The translations under genes were made by a program, and so were the position numbers. From NCBI RefSeq assembly GCF_036507355.1, contig NZ_AP027877.1: a DNA stretch of 64,000 nt; one strand, 5' to 3'. This stretch comes from Escherichia coli. GTDB taxonomy: Bacteria; Pseudomonadota; Gammaproteobacteria; Enterobacterales; Enterobacteriaceae. Below are positions 17,712 through 28,849 of this stretch, piece after piece; the stretch's first letter is position 1; every line of letters begins with the position of its first letter. The notes under the pieces are model-generated. The model saw only the letters and a program-made list of their open reading frames with translations. It made no database searches and had not been told where the DNA came from.

Positions 17712-19973
17712 TTACGCCGGAATTTTGTCAATCTTAGGAATGCGTGACCACACGCGGTGTGCTGCCATCAGCGTTAACAGTTCATCCATAAAACTACCGT
17801 CGGCGCTGTCAGCTTCCACAATCCCTTCTTCACCCTGGTCAGCGACCTTGATTGTTGCTTTAAACTTGCGCGCGTCTCCCGCCAGCGCAATCGGTTTAAG
17901 GTGTTTGTAGGCTTCCATCAGGTAGTAGTTGGCATCGCCGTTGTCAGCGATATCCGCGATATTGCCGCAAGGGACAATGACCGCATCGACCGTCAGCGAA
18001 GGCGCACCGGCAAAGGTAGCGGCTATAGGCAACACCGTACCGTCATCCGCAGTCACTTCACCCATTCGGGAGTAGAGCAGTTTGGCATGAACGCCTTTGG
18101 CCTTCAGCGCCTTGAGAATGGCCAGAAGGTCTGCCGATCTCACTTCATCATTAAGTAAAATCGCTACCACGCGACCTTTCACATCACCGTCAGGAATGGC
18201 GTACAAACTTAAGGATGGATCCTTTTTCAGACCGTTGACGTCCGGAGGTGGGGTGATATTCAGCTGGTCGTCAGTCAGTTCGATACCGAGATTTTTCGCC
18301 ACCGCCTGGGCCAGAGTGAGATCAATATGCGCCAGCTGGTCAACAACGCGCTCACGAATATACGGACGAACGACTTTGCTTAACTCAAAACTGAAACCAT
18401 CGACAATATGGCGCTGCTCGAATGGCGTCTGACTTAGCCAGAACAGACGCGGATGGGAATAATATTCGCCAAAAGATGGACTGCGCTCGCGAACTTTATT
18501 TCCTTCCACGCGTTCCTGATATGATTCAAAACCGCCGCGTTTCGGTCCCGGCGGTGTTTCGCGCGGCCAGTTATCGTTGATCGAGTTCGGTTCGTAATTC
18601 GCCGGGTTAGTGTCGATCCCCATACGATGCATGCCATCACGCTGGAAGTTGTGGTAAGGGCAGGTCGGACGGTTAATCGGAATCTCATGGAAATTCGGCC
18701 CACCAAGACGACTGATTTGTGTATCGGTATAGGAGAACAAACGTCCCTGCAACAGCGGATCGTTGGTGAAGTCCAGTCCCGGCACAATATGCCCAGGATG
18801 AAAAGCCGCCTGTTCGTTTTCAGCAAAGAAGTTATCCGGGTTGCGATTGAGCACCATTTTGCCGACACGCTGAACGGGCACCAGTTCTTCCGGGATAAGT
18901 TTAGTTGGATCGAGAAGATCGAAGTCGAACTTGAATTCATCTTCTTCAGGAATCAACTGGAAGCCCAGTTCGTATTCCGGAAAATCGCCTGCTTCAATGG
19001 CTTCCCACAACTCGCGGCGGTGGAAGTCCGGGTCACGTCCGGTTAGTTTTTGTGCTTCATCCCAAACGAGTGAGGCTTTACCTGCCAGTGGTTTCCAGTG
19101 GAAACGTACAAACGTTGCCTTCCCTTCGGCATTAATCAGGCGGAAGGTATGAATACCAAAGCCTTCCATGGTGCGGTAACTGCGGGGGATGCCGCGATCC
19201 GACATCGCCCACATCACGTTGTGCAGAGTTTCAGGTTGCAGAGAAACATAATCCCAGAAAGTATCGTGGGCGCTTTGCCCTTGTGGAATTGCCCAGTGTG
19301 GTTCTGGTTTTACCGCATGAACAAAATCGGGGAATTTATGCGCATCCTGGATAAAGAAGATTGGCGTGTTATTGCCAACAAGGTCAAAAATACCCTCTTC
19401 GGTATAGAATTTGGTGGCAAAGCCACGGATATCACGCACGGTATCGGCAGAGCCAGCGCCACCCTGAACGGTAGAGAACCTAACAAATACTGGGGTGATT
19501 TTGTTCGGATCTGAGAGGAAATCCGCTTTGGTGATATCGCTTAAGCTTTTATATGGCTGGAAATAACCGTGAGCGGCTGATCCACGTGCATGAACAATAC
19601 GTTCCGGGATGCGCTCATGGTCAAAGTGGGTGATTTTCTCGCGCAGAATAAAATCTTCCAGCAGCGTTGGACCACGGCTACCGGCACGCAGTGAGTTTTG
19701 ATCGTCGGCGATGCGCACGCCCTGATTAGTGGTCAGCGCATAATTTTCACTGCCTTTGCGTACGTCTTCCAGAGAATTAAGTTTTTCGTTACGCGTATCA
19801 GGGGCTTTCAGGCTCCCTGGGGCGGTAGGTTGTGCACCTGGCGGTGTTGGTTCAGCCGCTGGACGATGAGAGCCATCCTCAGGTGCCAGTGAGTCCATCC
19901 CCGGTTTCGCTTCGCTGGAATCGTGTAGTGGTGACTGGTGCTGATGTGGGTTCTTTTCGTTATGTTGCGACAT
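17712..19973 (-). CDS. katE: Catalase HPII
   Basis: 753-aa [37 protein letters not shown]... with catalase core motifs. Confidence 0.96.
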   Translation of the reverse strand: MSQHNEKNPHQHQSPLHDSSEAKPGMDSLAPEDGSHRPAAEPTPPGAQPTAPGSLKAPDTRNEKLNSLEDVRKGSENYALTTNQGVRIADDQNSLRAGSRGPTLLEDFILREKITHFDHERIPERIVHARGSAAHGYFQPYKSLSDITKADFLSDPNKITPVFVRFSTVQGGAGSADTVRDIRGFATKFYTEEGIFDLVGNNTPIFFIQDAHKFPDFVHAVKPEPHWAIPQGQSAHDTFWDYVSLQPETLHNVMWAMSDRGIPRSYRTMEGFGIHTFRLINAEGKATFVRFHWKPLAGKASLVWDEAQKLTGRDPDFHRRELWEAIEAGDFPEYELGFQLIPEEDEFKFDFDLLDPTKLIPEELVPVQRVGKMVLNRNPDNFFAENEQAAFHPGHIVPGLDFTNDPLLQGRLFSYTDTQISRLGGPNFHEIPINRPTCPYHNFQRDGMHRMGIDTNPANYEPNSINDNWPRETPPGPKRGGFESYQERVEGNKVRERSPSFGEYYSHPRLFWLSQTPFEQRHIVDGFSFELSKVVRPYIRERVVDQLAHIDLTLAQAVAKNLGIELTDDQLNITPPPDVNGLKKDPSLSLYAIPDGDVKGRVVAILLNDEVRSADLLAILKALKAKGVHAKLLYSRMGEVTADDGTVLPIAATFAGAPSLTVDAVIVPCGNIADIADNGDANYYLMEAYKHLKPIALAGDARKFKATIKVADQGEEGIVEADSADGSFMDELLTLMAAHRVWSRIPKIDKIPA

Positions 19974-20176
19974 TGAACTCGTCTCCTTAATTTATTACTG
20001 AAAGGGCCGCTGTTTTGGTCAAAAAACTCTCTAACTATAGACCACCAGCCAGACCCCGCTTCGGAGACTATTCTGGAAACGGTGTTATGAAATACACGCA
20101 AAGCGGGACGTACAGGGGCTAAATCGGCTAAACTACAGTTTTTCTGATTTTTAATATGCGTTTAGTGAAGCCAGTA

Positions 20177-20419
20177 ATGAAGAAACCGCTCCGCCAGCAA
20201 AACCGCCAGATTATTAGCTATGTCCCACGCACGGAACCCGCACCGCCAGAACATGCGATAAAGATGGATTCGTTTCGTGATGTCTGGATGCTGCGTGGCA
20301 AATATGTTGCGTTTGTACTGATGGGAGAGTCATTTCTGCGCTCACCGGCGTTTACTGTGCCTGAATCCGCCCAGCGTTGGGCAAATCAGATCCGCCAGGA
20401 AGGGGAAGTGACTGAGTAA
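20177..20419 (+). CDS. cedA: Cell division modulator CedA
   Basis: ORF track 87 aa; internal start MKKPLRQQNRQIISYVP gives 80 aa; start choice uncertain. Confidence 0.8.
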   Translation: MKKPLRQQNRQIISYVPRTEPAPPEHAIKMDSFRDVWMLRGKYVAFVLMGESFLRSPAFTVPESAQRWANQIRQEGEVTE

Positions 20420-20695
20420 GGATTACGTACCTCCCGGTTTTGCCGGGAGTTACATGGCCTGAAATTTTGTATTTCATTGCTACATTCATTCAAACCACCT
20501 GTAACAAAAAGCTGCCTTTGACGATCTATTGCTATAAATAAGTGATCTTTTTTCTTTAATTGTTTATTTATTTTAAAATGGTTAAGTTTTGCTAATCATG
20601 ATGAGCTATTTTTGATAGTTCATCCTGTGGCGTCGCTCTTAAACTTATATTGTAAATGACTTAGATTTAAATGAGATAATAATTTTGTTAACAAT

Positions 20696-21511
20696 ATGAG
20701 GTGGGAGATGTTTTCTACAAACTTAATACAGAGTAATTATGGTGATTTAAATATTAAAAGTCTGGCTTTTGACTCTTTTAAAGAAAGGCTTGAGTCTACC
20801 ATGGCGGCACTCACTTTCTTTATATCAACGGGTCAATGTGACTGCGATGAAATAGCAGAATCAAATTTTAATTATATGATTGCCTATATGTCTAACATTA
20901 ACTATGATGCCTCAAAGCCAGGAGCGCCAGCACTTAGTTTTGATACATATCTGCAGGACAATGTTAAATATAAAGTAATAATTAATAATCTTTATGGTAG
21001 TGAAATTCGGATAAGAGGTATAAATAAAGATTTTATTGGAATGGATGTCACTTCTATGTTTCGCCCAGAAAAAATGACGAATTTGATCAATATAAAAAAC
21101 AGGTTGGTTATTCATTATTTAAGGACTATATACTATGAACAAAGTTATATACATCCTGTCGGGAGCATTTTGGCTGCGATTCAAAAAAATGAGAGTCTCC
21201 TAAAGTTTCCTTCGATAATATCAATGCTTAATATCAATCTTCTTTTTAATCCACTAAATCTTCCGGGAATGGGAAGTGGTATACTTGAAGATATTATGAG
21301 TATTCCAGATAGTTCACTTAGAAAACGTCTCGGGTATGAGGTTTTAAGCTTCTCGCTACAGGCACATTTATTGAGCCAGGAATGTATTGATCAGTTGGAC
21401 ATTTTTTTCGCTGACGATCTGTTTAAATATGAGTCAGTATGCATCGCCGCGATGGAACATTTAAAAAGTAAGGCAACGGCCCCTATACAAAACGGACCGT
21501 TGCCAGCATAA
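20696..21511 (+). CDS. ydjO: YdjO, uncharacterised protein in an AT-rich segment
   Basis: 271-aa ORF in visibly AT-rich DNA flanked by GC-normal genes; position between cedA and ydjN; exact start uncertain. Confidence 0.7.
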   Translation: MRWEMFSTNLIQSNYGDLNIKSLAFDSFKERLESTMAALTFFISTGQCDCDEIAESNFNYMIAYMSNINYDASKPGAPALSFDTYLQDNVKYKVIINNLYGSEIRIRGINKDFIGMDVTSMFRPEKMTNLINIKNRLVIHYLRTIYYEQSYIHPVGSILAAIQKNESLLKFPSIISMLNINLLFNPLNLPGMGSGILEDIMSIPDSSLRKRLGYEVLSFSLQAHLLSQECIDQLDIFFADDLFKYESVCIAAMEHLKSKATAPIQNGPLPA

Positions 21512-21514
21512 GAA

Positions 21515-22906
21515 TTAATGGTGTGCCAGTTCGGCGTCGTCTTCGCTATCCAGAATGGCTTTATCGGTTTGCTTCAGCCACTGGCTGGTCAGCGTGCCAG
21601 CTGTCATCGAGCCACTAACGTTTAGCGCCGTACGGCCCATGTCGATAAGCGGTTCAACGGAGATTAACAGCGCCACCAGGGTTACTGGCAGGCCCATCGC
21701 AGGCAGCACAATCAGTGCGGCGAAAGTCGCACCACCACCGACACCGGCAACGCCTGCGGAGCTAACGGTAACAATACCGACCAGCGTCGCAATCCACATC
21801 GGGTCCAGCGGGTTAATGCCAACCGTAGGCGCAACCATCACCGCCAGCATTGCCGGATACAAACCGGCGCAGCCGTTCTGACCAATGGTCGCACCGAAAG
21901 AGGCGGCGAAACTGGCGATGGATTCAGGAACGCCCAGACGACGCGTTTGTGCTTCCACATTCAGTGGGATAGACGCAGCACTGGAACGGCTGGTAAAGGC
22001 AAACGTCAGCACAGGCCATACCTTACGGAAGTACTTCAGCGGACTCACGCCATTAATGCCCAGCAGAATGCCATGCACTGCAAACATAATCAGCAGACCG
22101 AGGTAGGACGCGACAACGAAACTTCCCAGTTTGATGATGTCTTGCAGGTTAGAACCTGCAACCACTTTGGTCATTAGTGCCAGAACGCCGTAAGGGGTCA
22201 ACTGCATGACCAGGCGAACTAGTTTCATCACCCAGCTTTGCAGGGTATCGATAGCGGTTAAGACGCGTTCACCTTTCGGCGCATCATCCTTCAGCAGTTT
22301 CAGCGCAGCTACACCGAGGAATGCGGCAAAAATTACCACGCTGATAATTGACGTCGGATTGGCTCCGGTCAGATCGGCAAACGGGTTTTTCGGGATAAAG
22401 GACAAGACCAGCTGCGGAACGCTCAGGTCAGAGACTTTACCAACATAGTTACTTTCGATGGCGTTCAGACGTGCAGTTTCTGCACCACCCTGAACCAGAC
22501 CTTCAGCCGTCAAACCAAACAGGTTGGTGACCAGCACACCGACCAGCGCCGCAATCAGCGTGGTAAACAAAAGCGTACCGATGGTCAGAAAACTGATTTT
22601 GCCTAACTGAGATGCGTTATGCAGACGGGCAACCGCGCTCAGAATAGAGGCGAAGACTAACGGCATAACGATCATTTGCAGCAGTTGAACATAGCCGTTA
22701 CCAACGATGTTAAACCACTGTACAGAATCTTTAAGTACCTGGCTGTCAGAACCATAAATGGTATGCAGGGCAAGGCCAAAAACCACACCCATCACCAGAC
22801 CCACCAGCACTTTTTTCGCCAGACTCCACTGTTTATGGCGGGTCTGAGCCAGCGCAAACAGCAGTACAACGAACACCACGATGTTCGCAATTAATGGAAA
22901 GTTCAT
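21515..22906 (-). CDS. tcyP: L-cystine/dicarboxylate:cation symporter YdjN (TcyP)
   Basis: 463-aa polytopic membrane ORF, DAACS-family features. Confidence 0.9.
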   Translation of the reverse strand: MNFPLIANIVVFVVLLFALAQTRHKQWSLAKKVLVGLVMGVVFGLALHTIYGSDSQVLKDSVQWFNIVGNGYVQLLQMIVMPLVFASILSAVARLHNASQLGKISFLTIGTLLFTTLIAALVGVLVTNLFGLTAEGLVQGGAETARLNAIESNYVGKVSDLSVPQLVLSFIPKNPFADLTGANPTSIISVVIFAAFLGVAALKLLKDDAPKGERVLTAIDTLQSWVMKLVRLVMQLTPYGVLALMTKVVAGSNLQDIIKLGSFVVASYLGLLIMFAVHGILLGINGVSPLKYFRKVWPVLTFAFTSRSSAASIPLNVEAQTRRLGVPESIASFAASFGATIGQNGCAGLYPAMLAVMVAPTVGINPLDPMWIATLVGIVTVSSAGVAGVGGGATFAALIVLPAMGLPVTLVALLISVEPLIDMGRTALNVSGSMTAGTLTSQWLKQTDKAILDSEDDAELAHH

Positions 22907-23038
22907 CCCCGTTCTCCTGATCTTATTATTTCTATCACTGCGTAGCAGTCATAGTGTTGGCGCAAGATTAACAGAACTGTGAGCTGGCTCTTATATTCAA
23001 ATGGAATTGCTTATTCCAGAAAGGTGATTTTTGCCTTT

Positions 23039-23629
23039 TTAGTATTCAACCTGATGCTTAATAAGCCGATGAAACTGGATCTGCAAGGTATTGATCATTT
23101 GCGATGACCAACGAACAGCGCTGTTCTCGGGTAATGAATGGGGCATCCATACCGACCAGACAAATAATGCCATGCAGATAAAACGTTCCAGTTGGTTACC
23201 CTTTTGGGGAACCAGGATAGGCAAGCGGAAACGCCAGCGGCATGGCCAGAGCAGGGGAACACCGGCGGGTGTCAGCATATCGGCAAGTATGTGGCTTAAA
23301 TAACCCAGCACCATTCCTTGTAGCGCATCAGCCGGAATGAACCAGCTTTCAGGAACCTTAAGGTAAAAGGTTGCCAGCAGCGCAAATACCGCCAGCAGAC
23401 TGTGGGTAAAACCACGATGCCCAAAAGCGCGGGCGATCGGTTTTGATATCCACTTTAATCGCTGCCCAAGAAACGACTTTGGGTGATCGATGTCCGGTAA
23501 CAAACACGTCAGGATTGCGGAAGGGACAATATGCCACCAGTCACCCTGTGCCAGCACGGGCGTCAGCTCGGCATTTTTGGCAAATACCGCACAAGCAATA
23601 GAAAAGAGAAGGTGACCTTCCGCCGTCAT
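23039..23629 (-). CDS. ydjM: SOS-regulated inner membrane protein YdjM
   Basis: ORF track 200 aa; start at MTAEGHLLFSIACAVF gives 196 aa; two LexA boxes immediately upstream. Confidence 0.85.
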   Translation of the reverse strand: MTAEGHLLFSIACAVFAKNAELTPVLAQGDWWHIVPSAILTCLLPDIDHPKSFLGQRLKWISKPIARAFGHRGFTHSLLAVFALLATFYLKVPESWFIPADALQGMVLGYLSHILADMLTPAGVPLLWPCRWRFRLPILVPQKGNQLERFICMALFVWSVWMPHSLPENSAVRWSSQMINTLQIQFHRLIKHQVEY

Positions 23630-23643
23630 GATAAAACTCACTA

Positions 23644-23681
23644 AACTGTCGATACGTACAGTATAGGATTTTTATACAGTG
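23644..23681 (-). promoter_or_regulatory. Tandem LexA boxes upstream of ydjM
   Basis: On the ydjM strand: TACTGTACGTATCGACAGTT (CTG-N10-CAG) and adjacent CACTGTATAAAAATCCTATA. Confidence 0.75.
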
Positions 23682-23791
23682 CACGGAAGTGGTGACGGTG
23701 TAACTCTTTCTCTTAAATTGACGATTAATCCGTCAGTTGAATGCAAATTCAGATAAAGAACCAGGGGCAGCGTGATCACTGCCCCTGGTCA

Positions 23792-24460
23792 TTAACCGAG
23801 AAGGTCTTTTGCGGTGAGTTCTGTCAGCGATGAGAGTTTGACGTTTGCTAATACAAAACGTGGATCATTTTGCGCTTCTGGCGCAGGAACGACGATGGAA
23901 CGCATGCGGGCTGCTTTAGAGGCGATCATGCCATTTACCGAATCCTCCAGCGCTACGCAGGTCAGTGGGTCAACGCCCAGTTTTGCTGCGCAGTCGAGAT
24001 ATACTTGCGGATGCGGCTTGCTGTAAGGCAGTTTTTCGGCCGAGGCGAGGGCATCGAAACTGTCGCGTAAGTCAAACATGGTCAACACTTTTTCCAGCAT
24101 ATGTAGTGGTGACGCGGAGGCCAGTCCCACCAATAAACCTTGTTCTTTGCATAACGCAACGGCTTCGCGCACGCCTGGTAATAATGGACGTGTCTCTTCA
24201 ACCAGTGAAATGGCACGGGCAATAACCTGTTCTACTACTTCCTGACGGCTTGGCCCATTCCACGGTTGCCGGGCGTACCAAAGATCGACCACCATATCGA
24301 TGCGTAAACCTAAGGTGTCCGGCAGCTCGTTACGACGGGAGATATCCACCCCCAGGCTTGCCATCACATCCAGTTCGGCTCGATCCCATAAAGGTTCTGA
24401 GTCGATAAGTAATCCATCCATATCAAAAATTGCAGCAAGAATCTGACGCGGGGTTGACAT
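23792..24460 (-). CDS. yniC: HAD-family hexitol/2-deoxyglucose-6-phosphate phosphatase
   Basis: 222-aa ORF with DxD HAD motif (IFDMDGLLIDSE). Confidence 0.9.
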   Translation of the reverse strand: MSTPRQILAAIFDMDGLLIDSEPLWDRAELDVMASLGVDISRRNELPDTLGLRIDMVVDLWYARQPWNGPSRQEVVEQVIARAISLVEETRPLLPGVREAVALCKEQGLLVGLASASPLHMLEKVLTMFDLRDSFDALASAEKLPYSKPHPQVYLDCAAKLGVDPLTCVALEDSVNGMIASKAARMRSIVVPAPEAQNDPRFVLANVKLSSLTELTAKDLLG

Positions 24461-24606
24461 TACAACCTCTCCTTTAGAGCATTATGTGTAAGGTATTAAG
24501 CCGTGCTTATGATTAAGCGCCTATCATATCGCCTTTAAAGAATGGGCGAAAACAGATATCTACAGGTAAACTAAGTGAAACGACGCGTCTTAATCAAGGA
24601 GAACTC

Positions 24607-25143
24607 ATGACGTATCAACAAGCTGGACGCATTGCTGTTTTGAAAAGGATTATGGGTTGGGTGATTTTTATACCTGCATTGATCTCTACATTGATTTCTT
24701 TGCTGAAATTTATGAATACCCGGCAGGAAAACCAGGAAGGCATTAATGCGGTCATGCTCGACTTTACTCATGTCATGATCGATATGATGCAGGCGAATAC
24801 GCCTTTTTTGAATCTGTTCTGGTATAACTCCCCGACGCCCAATTTTAATGGTGGCGTGAACGTTATGTTCTGGGTGATTTTCATCCTGATTTTTGTCGGA
24901 CTGGCGTTGCAGGATTCCGGTGCCCGGATGAGTCGCCAGGCGCGCTTCTTGCGGGAAGGTGTTGAAGATCAACTCATTCTGGAAAAAGCCAAAGGGGAAG
25001 AGGGGCTAACGCGTGAACAAATTGAGTCCCGTATTGTTGTTCCGCACCATACTATTTTCCTGCAGTTTTTCTCACTGTATATCCTGCCGGTTATTTGTAT
25101 TGCTGCAGGTTATGTGTTCTTTTCTCTGCTTGGGTTTATTTAA
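24607..25143 (+). CDS. yniB: Inner membrane protein YniB
   Basis: 178-aa ORF with TM segments. Confidence 0.85.
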   Translation: MTYQQAGRIAVLKRIMGWVIFIPALISTLISLLKFMNTRQENQEGINAVMLDFTHVMIDMMQANTPFLNLFWYNSPTPNFNGGVNVMFWVIFILIFVGLALQDSGARMSRQARFLREGVEDQLILEKAKGEEGLTREQIESRIVVPHHTIFLQFFSLYILPVICIAAGYVFFSLLGFI

Positions 25144-25183
25144 TCAAAAGGCCGCACGGAGCGGCCATTATCCTCAACCCATA

Positions 25184-26044
25184 TCATGCTGCTAATAATC
25201 TATCCAATGACTGCTGAGCAATAACCAAATGCTGACCGCCAAATAACCTTGCACGATTTAACAGCGTGTAGAGTTGGTAAACCGGTTGACGTTCAAGGAA
25301 ATCGGCAGGTAGCGGGGATACTGACTGATAGCCGTCATAAATTTGTGGCGGCTGTTCAGTATGCAGCGGTAACATCGCCAGGTCGCACTCTCGGTCACCC
25401 CAGTAGCAGGCCGGGTCGAAAATGTACGGGCCATCCGGACCCAGCGCACAGTTGCCGGACCATAAATCGCCGTGCAACAGAGAAGGCTGCGGTTGATGTG
25501 AGGCGAGACGCTGCTGAATATGCTCGACGATGGCGTCGATATTGCCGAAAGCGATCCCTTTTTCTGCTGCCAGTTCCAACTGCCAGCCAATCCGTTGTTC
25601 AGCAAAAAACGTTGACCAGCGACGTTGCCAGGTGTTGGGCTGTGGAGTTGTGGAGAGCGCGTTATCGAAATCGAGTCCAAATTGTGGTTGGTCGCTCCAT
25701 TGATGTAAACGCGCAATTTGCTGACCAAGAATAAATGCGCTATGCGCATCCAGCGGACGAGGTGGGAGATAATCCATCACCAGAAAACTGTAGTCACGGT
25801 CAGCGCCAACTGCCCAAACCTTAGGCACGGTGACGGTTTTACTACGCGACAGTAACTCCAGTTGGTCGGCTTCGGCGGTAAAACCGGGAAGCAGTTCCCT
25901 TTCATCACATTTGACGAAAAAGTCACGTCCTGCATAGCGCAAATGCCATGCGGCATGGACTTCTCCGCCAGGCAGTTCATTACGCAGTTCGATTTCGCCT
26001 TCACCTAACTGCTCGCTCAAAAGACGACTGATTGCCTGCCACAT
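25184..26044 (-). CDS. yniA: Fructosamine kinase-family protein YniA
   Basis: 286-aa ORF; synteny. Confidence 0.88.
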   Translation of the reverse strand: MWQAISRLLSEQLGEGEIELRNELPGGEVHAAWHLRYAGRDFFVKCDERELLPGFTAEADQLELLSRSKTVTVPKVWAVGADRDYSFLVMDYLPPRPLDAHSAFILGQQIARLHQWSDQPQFGLDFDNALSTTPQPNTWQRRWSTFFAEQRIGWQLELAAEKGIAFGNIDAIVEHIQQRLASHQPQPSLLHGDLWSGNCALGPDGPYIFDPACYWGDRECDLAMLPLHTEQPPQIYDGYQSVSPLPADFLERQPVYQLYTLLNRARLFGGQHLVIAQQSLDRLLAA

Positions 26045-26149
26045 GATGTCTCTCCCATGTTGTCTGCCAGATCATAAGGTTAGCGCAAGAATGCGGTGTA
26101 AAAACACGAGCTAACGCACACCACAGACTGATTTTTGCCCAAAAACCAT

Positions 26150-26440
26150 TTATTTTCTGTTGCTATTCCATTCCTCCCAGGTCGTGATGGCTATTTCAGG
26201 ATCTTTACCGGTTGCACTTTGGGTAAGCCCCGAAACCAGTTCTCTAATTTCTTCTTCACTTTGGGTACTGATAAGTCCAAAAGTGTTAGTCCCCAGCTCA
26301 TGGATATTTCCCTCATCATCCGTCATGGTGAGCAAAAAACCGTCGCGAGTCAGGTAATTATTCAACTCGTTAATTTCAGTCAATGTATCCTCATGCAACA
26401 TGACGGTTATGACATAACGGACAAGATCGCCACTGGCCAT
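26150..26440 (-). CDS. ydiZ: Uncharacterised protein YdiZ
   Basis: 96-aa ORF; synteny upstream of pfkB. Confidence 0.8.
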   Translation of the reverse strand: MASGDLVRYVITVMLHEDTLTEINELNNYLTRDGFLLTMTDDEGNIHELGTNTFGLISTQSEEEIRELVSGLTQSATGKDPEIAITTWEEWNSNRK

Positions 26441-26540
26441 AGTTCACCCCTTTGTTATCACATGACTTTTGAGCATAGTCGGAGAAACGCGTTGCCGACA
26501 GGTTGGTGATGATTCCCCCAATGCTGGGGGAATGTTTTTG

Positions 26541-27470
26541 TTAGCGGGAAAGGTAAGCGTAAATTTTTTGCGTATCGTCATGGGAGCACAGACGTGTTCC
26601 CTGATTGAGTGTGGCTGCACTCCCCGCAGCTACGCCAAAACGAACCATCTCTTCAAGAGAGGCATTTTCTGCCAGTTTCAGTGTCATCGCGCCGACCATG
26701 CTGTCACCAGCGCCAACGGTACTCTGGCTTTTCACCGGTGGTGGCACCACCTGAATGCAGTTTTCACTATCAACACCCAGCGCTCCTTGTGGACCCAGGG
26801 AAACGACAACCCGTTTGGCCTTGCCGCTATTAACGATTTCTTGCGCGGCTTTGCGGACATCGTCTGGCTGGGTGAGTTCGCGATTCACCAGCGCACTGAG
26901 TTCTTTTTGGTTAGGCTTAACCAACTCGATGTTACCAATCGCCAGTGCTGCACTTAACGCTTCGCCAGAACTGTCGATGATGCAGCGGATCCCTTGGCTT
27001 TGCGCAGCGGAAATCAGTTGGGTTAATTTTTCCAGCTTCACACCTGGCGGCAGGCTTCCACTTATGACCAGGATGGCCCCGGATTCAATTTCCAGAACTT
27101 GCTCTTCAAGCTGGCGAAACTCATCTTCATTTAATGCCGCGCCTGGCATAACAAAACGATACTGCTCACCGCTTGCTTCCACATGTACGTGTAAATTCTG
27201 CCGGGTCCAGTCTTTGGCTTCTACAGTAGCGACGGGGACATTTTCATCCGCCAACAGTGAAACCAGGTGTTCGCCGGTCGCGCCACCCGCCGGGAAGATC
27301 GCTGTGGCACTGCCTCCAAGATGGGCAATGGCGCGGGCGACGTTGATGCCACCACCCCCGGGTTCGAACACCGGTGCGGTACAGCGCAGTTTTCCTTCGG
27401 GATAAATTTGCGGGGTAATTGTTGCGCTATCGAGAGAGGGCGCAAGTGTCAACGTATAGATACGTACCAT
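26541..27470 (-). CDS. pfkB: 6-phosphofructokinase II (ribokinase family)
   Basis: Start at MVRIYTLTLAPSLDSATITPQIYPEGK (309 aa); ORF track begins one Met upstream. Confidence 0.93.
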   Translation of the reverse strand: MVRIYTLTLAPSLDSATITPQIYPEGKLRCTAPVFEPGGGGINVARAIAHLGGSATAIFPAGGATGEHLVSLLADENVPVATVEAKDWTRQNLHVHVEASGEQYRFVMPGAALNEDEFRQLEEQVLEIESGAILVISGSLPPGVKLEKLTQLISAAQSQGIRCIIDSSGEALSAALAIGNIELVKPNQKELSALVNRELTQPDDVRKAAQEIVNSGKAKRVVVSLGPQGALGVDSENCIQVVPPPVKSQSTVGAGDSMVGAMTLKLAENASLEEMVRFGVAAGSAATLNQGTRLCSHDDTQKIYAYLSR

Positions 27471-27756
27471 CATTTCCTCCTATAGGCTGATTTCAGTCTG
27501 GCACCGAATCAGCGGAAAGTGAAGAAATTAACAATATGATTTATTGGAGCTTTATTTAAAATTTTGCAGATAAATATATATAAATAAAAATCTGTTTTCG
27601 CCACATGCTTATTCAAAAAATGAAATAAGAATACATTGCTAAGTTATTCGCGCCTTTTTATAATTCGTTACCTTTCCAGGGACGCTAATCTTTGATCCTT
27701 AAGAAAGTTTCCGGGACCGCGATGGTCTCTTTTTTTGTTGTACGGACTCTTGATAA

Positions 27757-28515
27757 ATGAAGCTTTTGAAGACAGTTCCTGCCATCGTTATGTTGGCGGG
27801 GAGCATGTTTGCGTCACTGAATGCAGCTGCCGATGATTCCGTTTTTACTGTCATGGACGATCCTGCCAGCGCTAAAAAACCTTTCGAAGGTAATCTGAAC
27901 GCAGGATATCTTGCACAATCAGGCAATACGAAAAGCTCCTCACTTACGGCTGACACCACCATGACCTGGTATGGACAAACCACTGCCTGGTCGCTGTGGG
28001 GGAACGCCAGTAATACTTCTTCTAATGATGAGCGTTCTTCAGAAAAATATGCGGCGGGCGGGCGTAGCCGTTTTAATTTAACTGATTATGACTATTTATT
28101 TGGTCAGGCAAGCTGGCTGACAGACCGTTATAACGGCTATCGAGAGCGCGATGTGTTGACCGCGGGTTATGGTCATCAGTTTTTGAATGGCCCGGTACAC
28201 AGTTTCCGCTTTGAATTCGGTCCAGGTGTGCGTTACGACAAATATACCGACAATGCCAGTGAAACTCAGCCGCTGGGCTATGCCTCCGGTGCTTATGCAT
28301 GGCAGCTGACTGACAACGCTAAATTTACGCAGGGTGTTTCGGTCTTTGGCGCGGAAGACACAACGCTGAACTCCGAAAGTGCATTAAATGTTGCTATTAA
28401 TGAACATTTTGGACTGAAGGTGGCTTACAACGTCACATGGAACTCTGAACCTCCAGAGTCTGCACCGGAACATACCGACCGTCGGACAACCTTATCGCTG
28501 GGCTACAGCATGTAA
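27757..28515 (+). CDS. ydiY: Outer-membrane beta-barrel protein YdiY
   Basis: 252-aa ORF with signal peptide and C-terminal aromatic residue. Confidence 0.88.
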   Translation: MKLLKTVPAIVMLAGSMFASLNAAADDSVFTVMDDPASAKKPFEGNLNAGYLAQSGNTKSSSLTADTTMTWYGQTTAWSLWGNASNTSSNDERSSEKYAAGGRSRFNLTDYDYLFGQASWLTDRYNGYRERDVLTAGYGHQFLNGPVHSFRFEFGPGVRYDKYTDNASETQPLGYASGAYAWQLTDNAKFTQGVSVFGAEDTTLNSESALNVAINEHFGLKVAYNVTWNSEPPESAPEHTDRRTTLSLGYSM

Positions 28516-28567
28516 AATTATCTGCCGGACCGTGTTATGCGGTCTGGCTGTCTTCGTTTGTCACTGC

Positions 28568-28675
28568 TCAGCCCCAAATCATTGCTGCCCAACGTAGCAA
28601 CAACATAGCGCCACAGATTGCCAGTAGCACCACCACCATCTTCCAGTGTTTTTTATCAAAGCGTTTAGTCGGCAT
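28568..28675 (-). CDS. yniD: Small membrane protein YniD (35 aa)
   Basis: Internal start in 72-aa ORF: MPTKRFDKKHWKMVVVLLAICGAMLLLRWAAMIWG. Confidence 0.7.
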   Translation of the reverse strand: MPTKRFDKKHWKMVVVLLAICGAMLLLRWAAMIWG

Positions 28676-28849
28676 ACCAGTGTCCTGCATATCTCTTGTG
28701 CGTGATAACGGAGTGTAACAAAAGGGACAGGCATCAAGGGATTTTTTGTTATTACAGCCGTCGGGTGGCGTTGTACACCTGATCACTGTTTCTGCGTTTT
28801 ATGAAAAAATAAAATTATGTATCGATATATAAATATCGTAAATAGCTGG

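Noticed and set aside
20696-21511. ydjO as a toxin or secreted effector
   Set aside because: AT-rich and orphan-like, but no signal peptide, partner antitoxin-sized ORF or catalytic motif visible; retained only as a gene of unknown function.
26755-27405. 216-aa plus-strand ORF
   Set aside because: Antisense inside pfkB.
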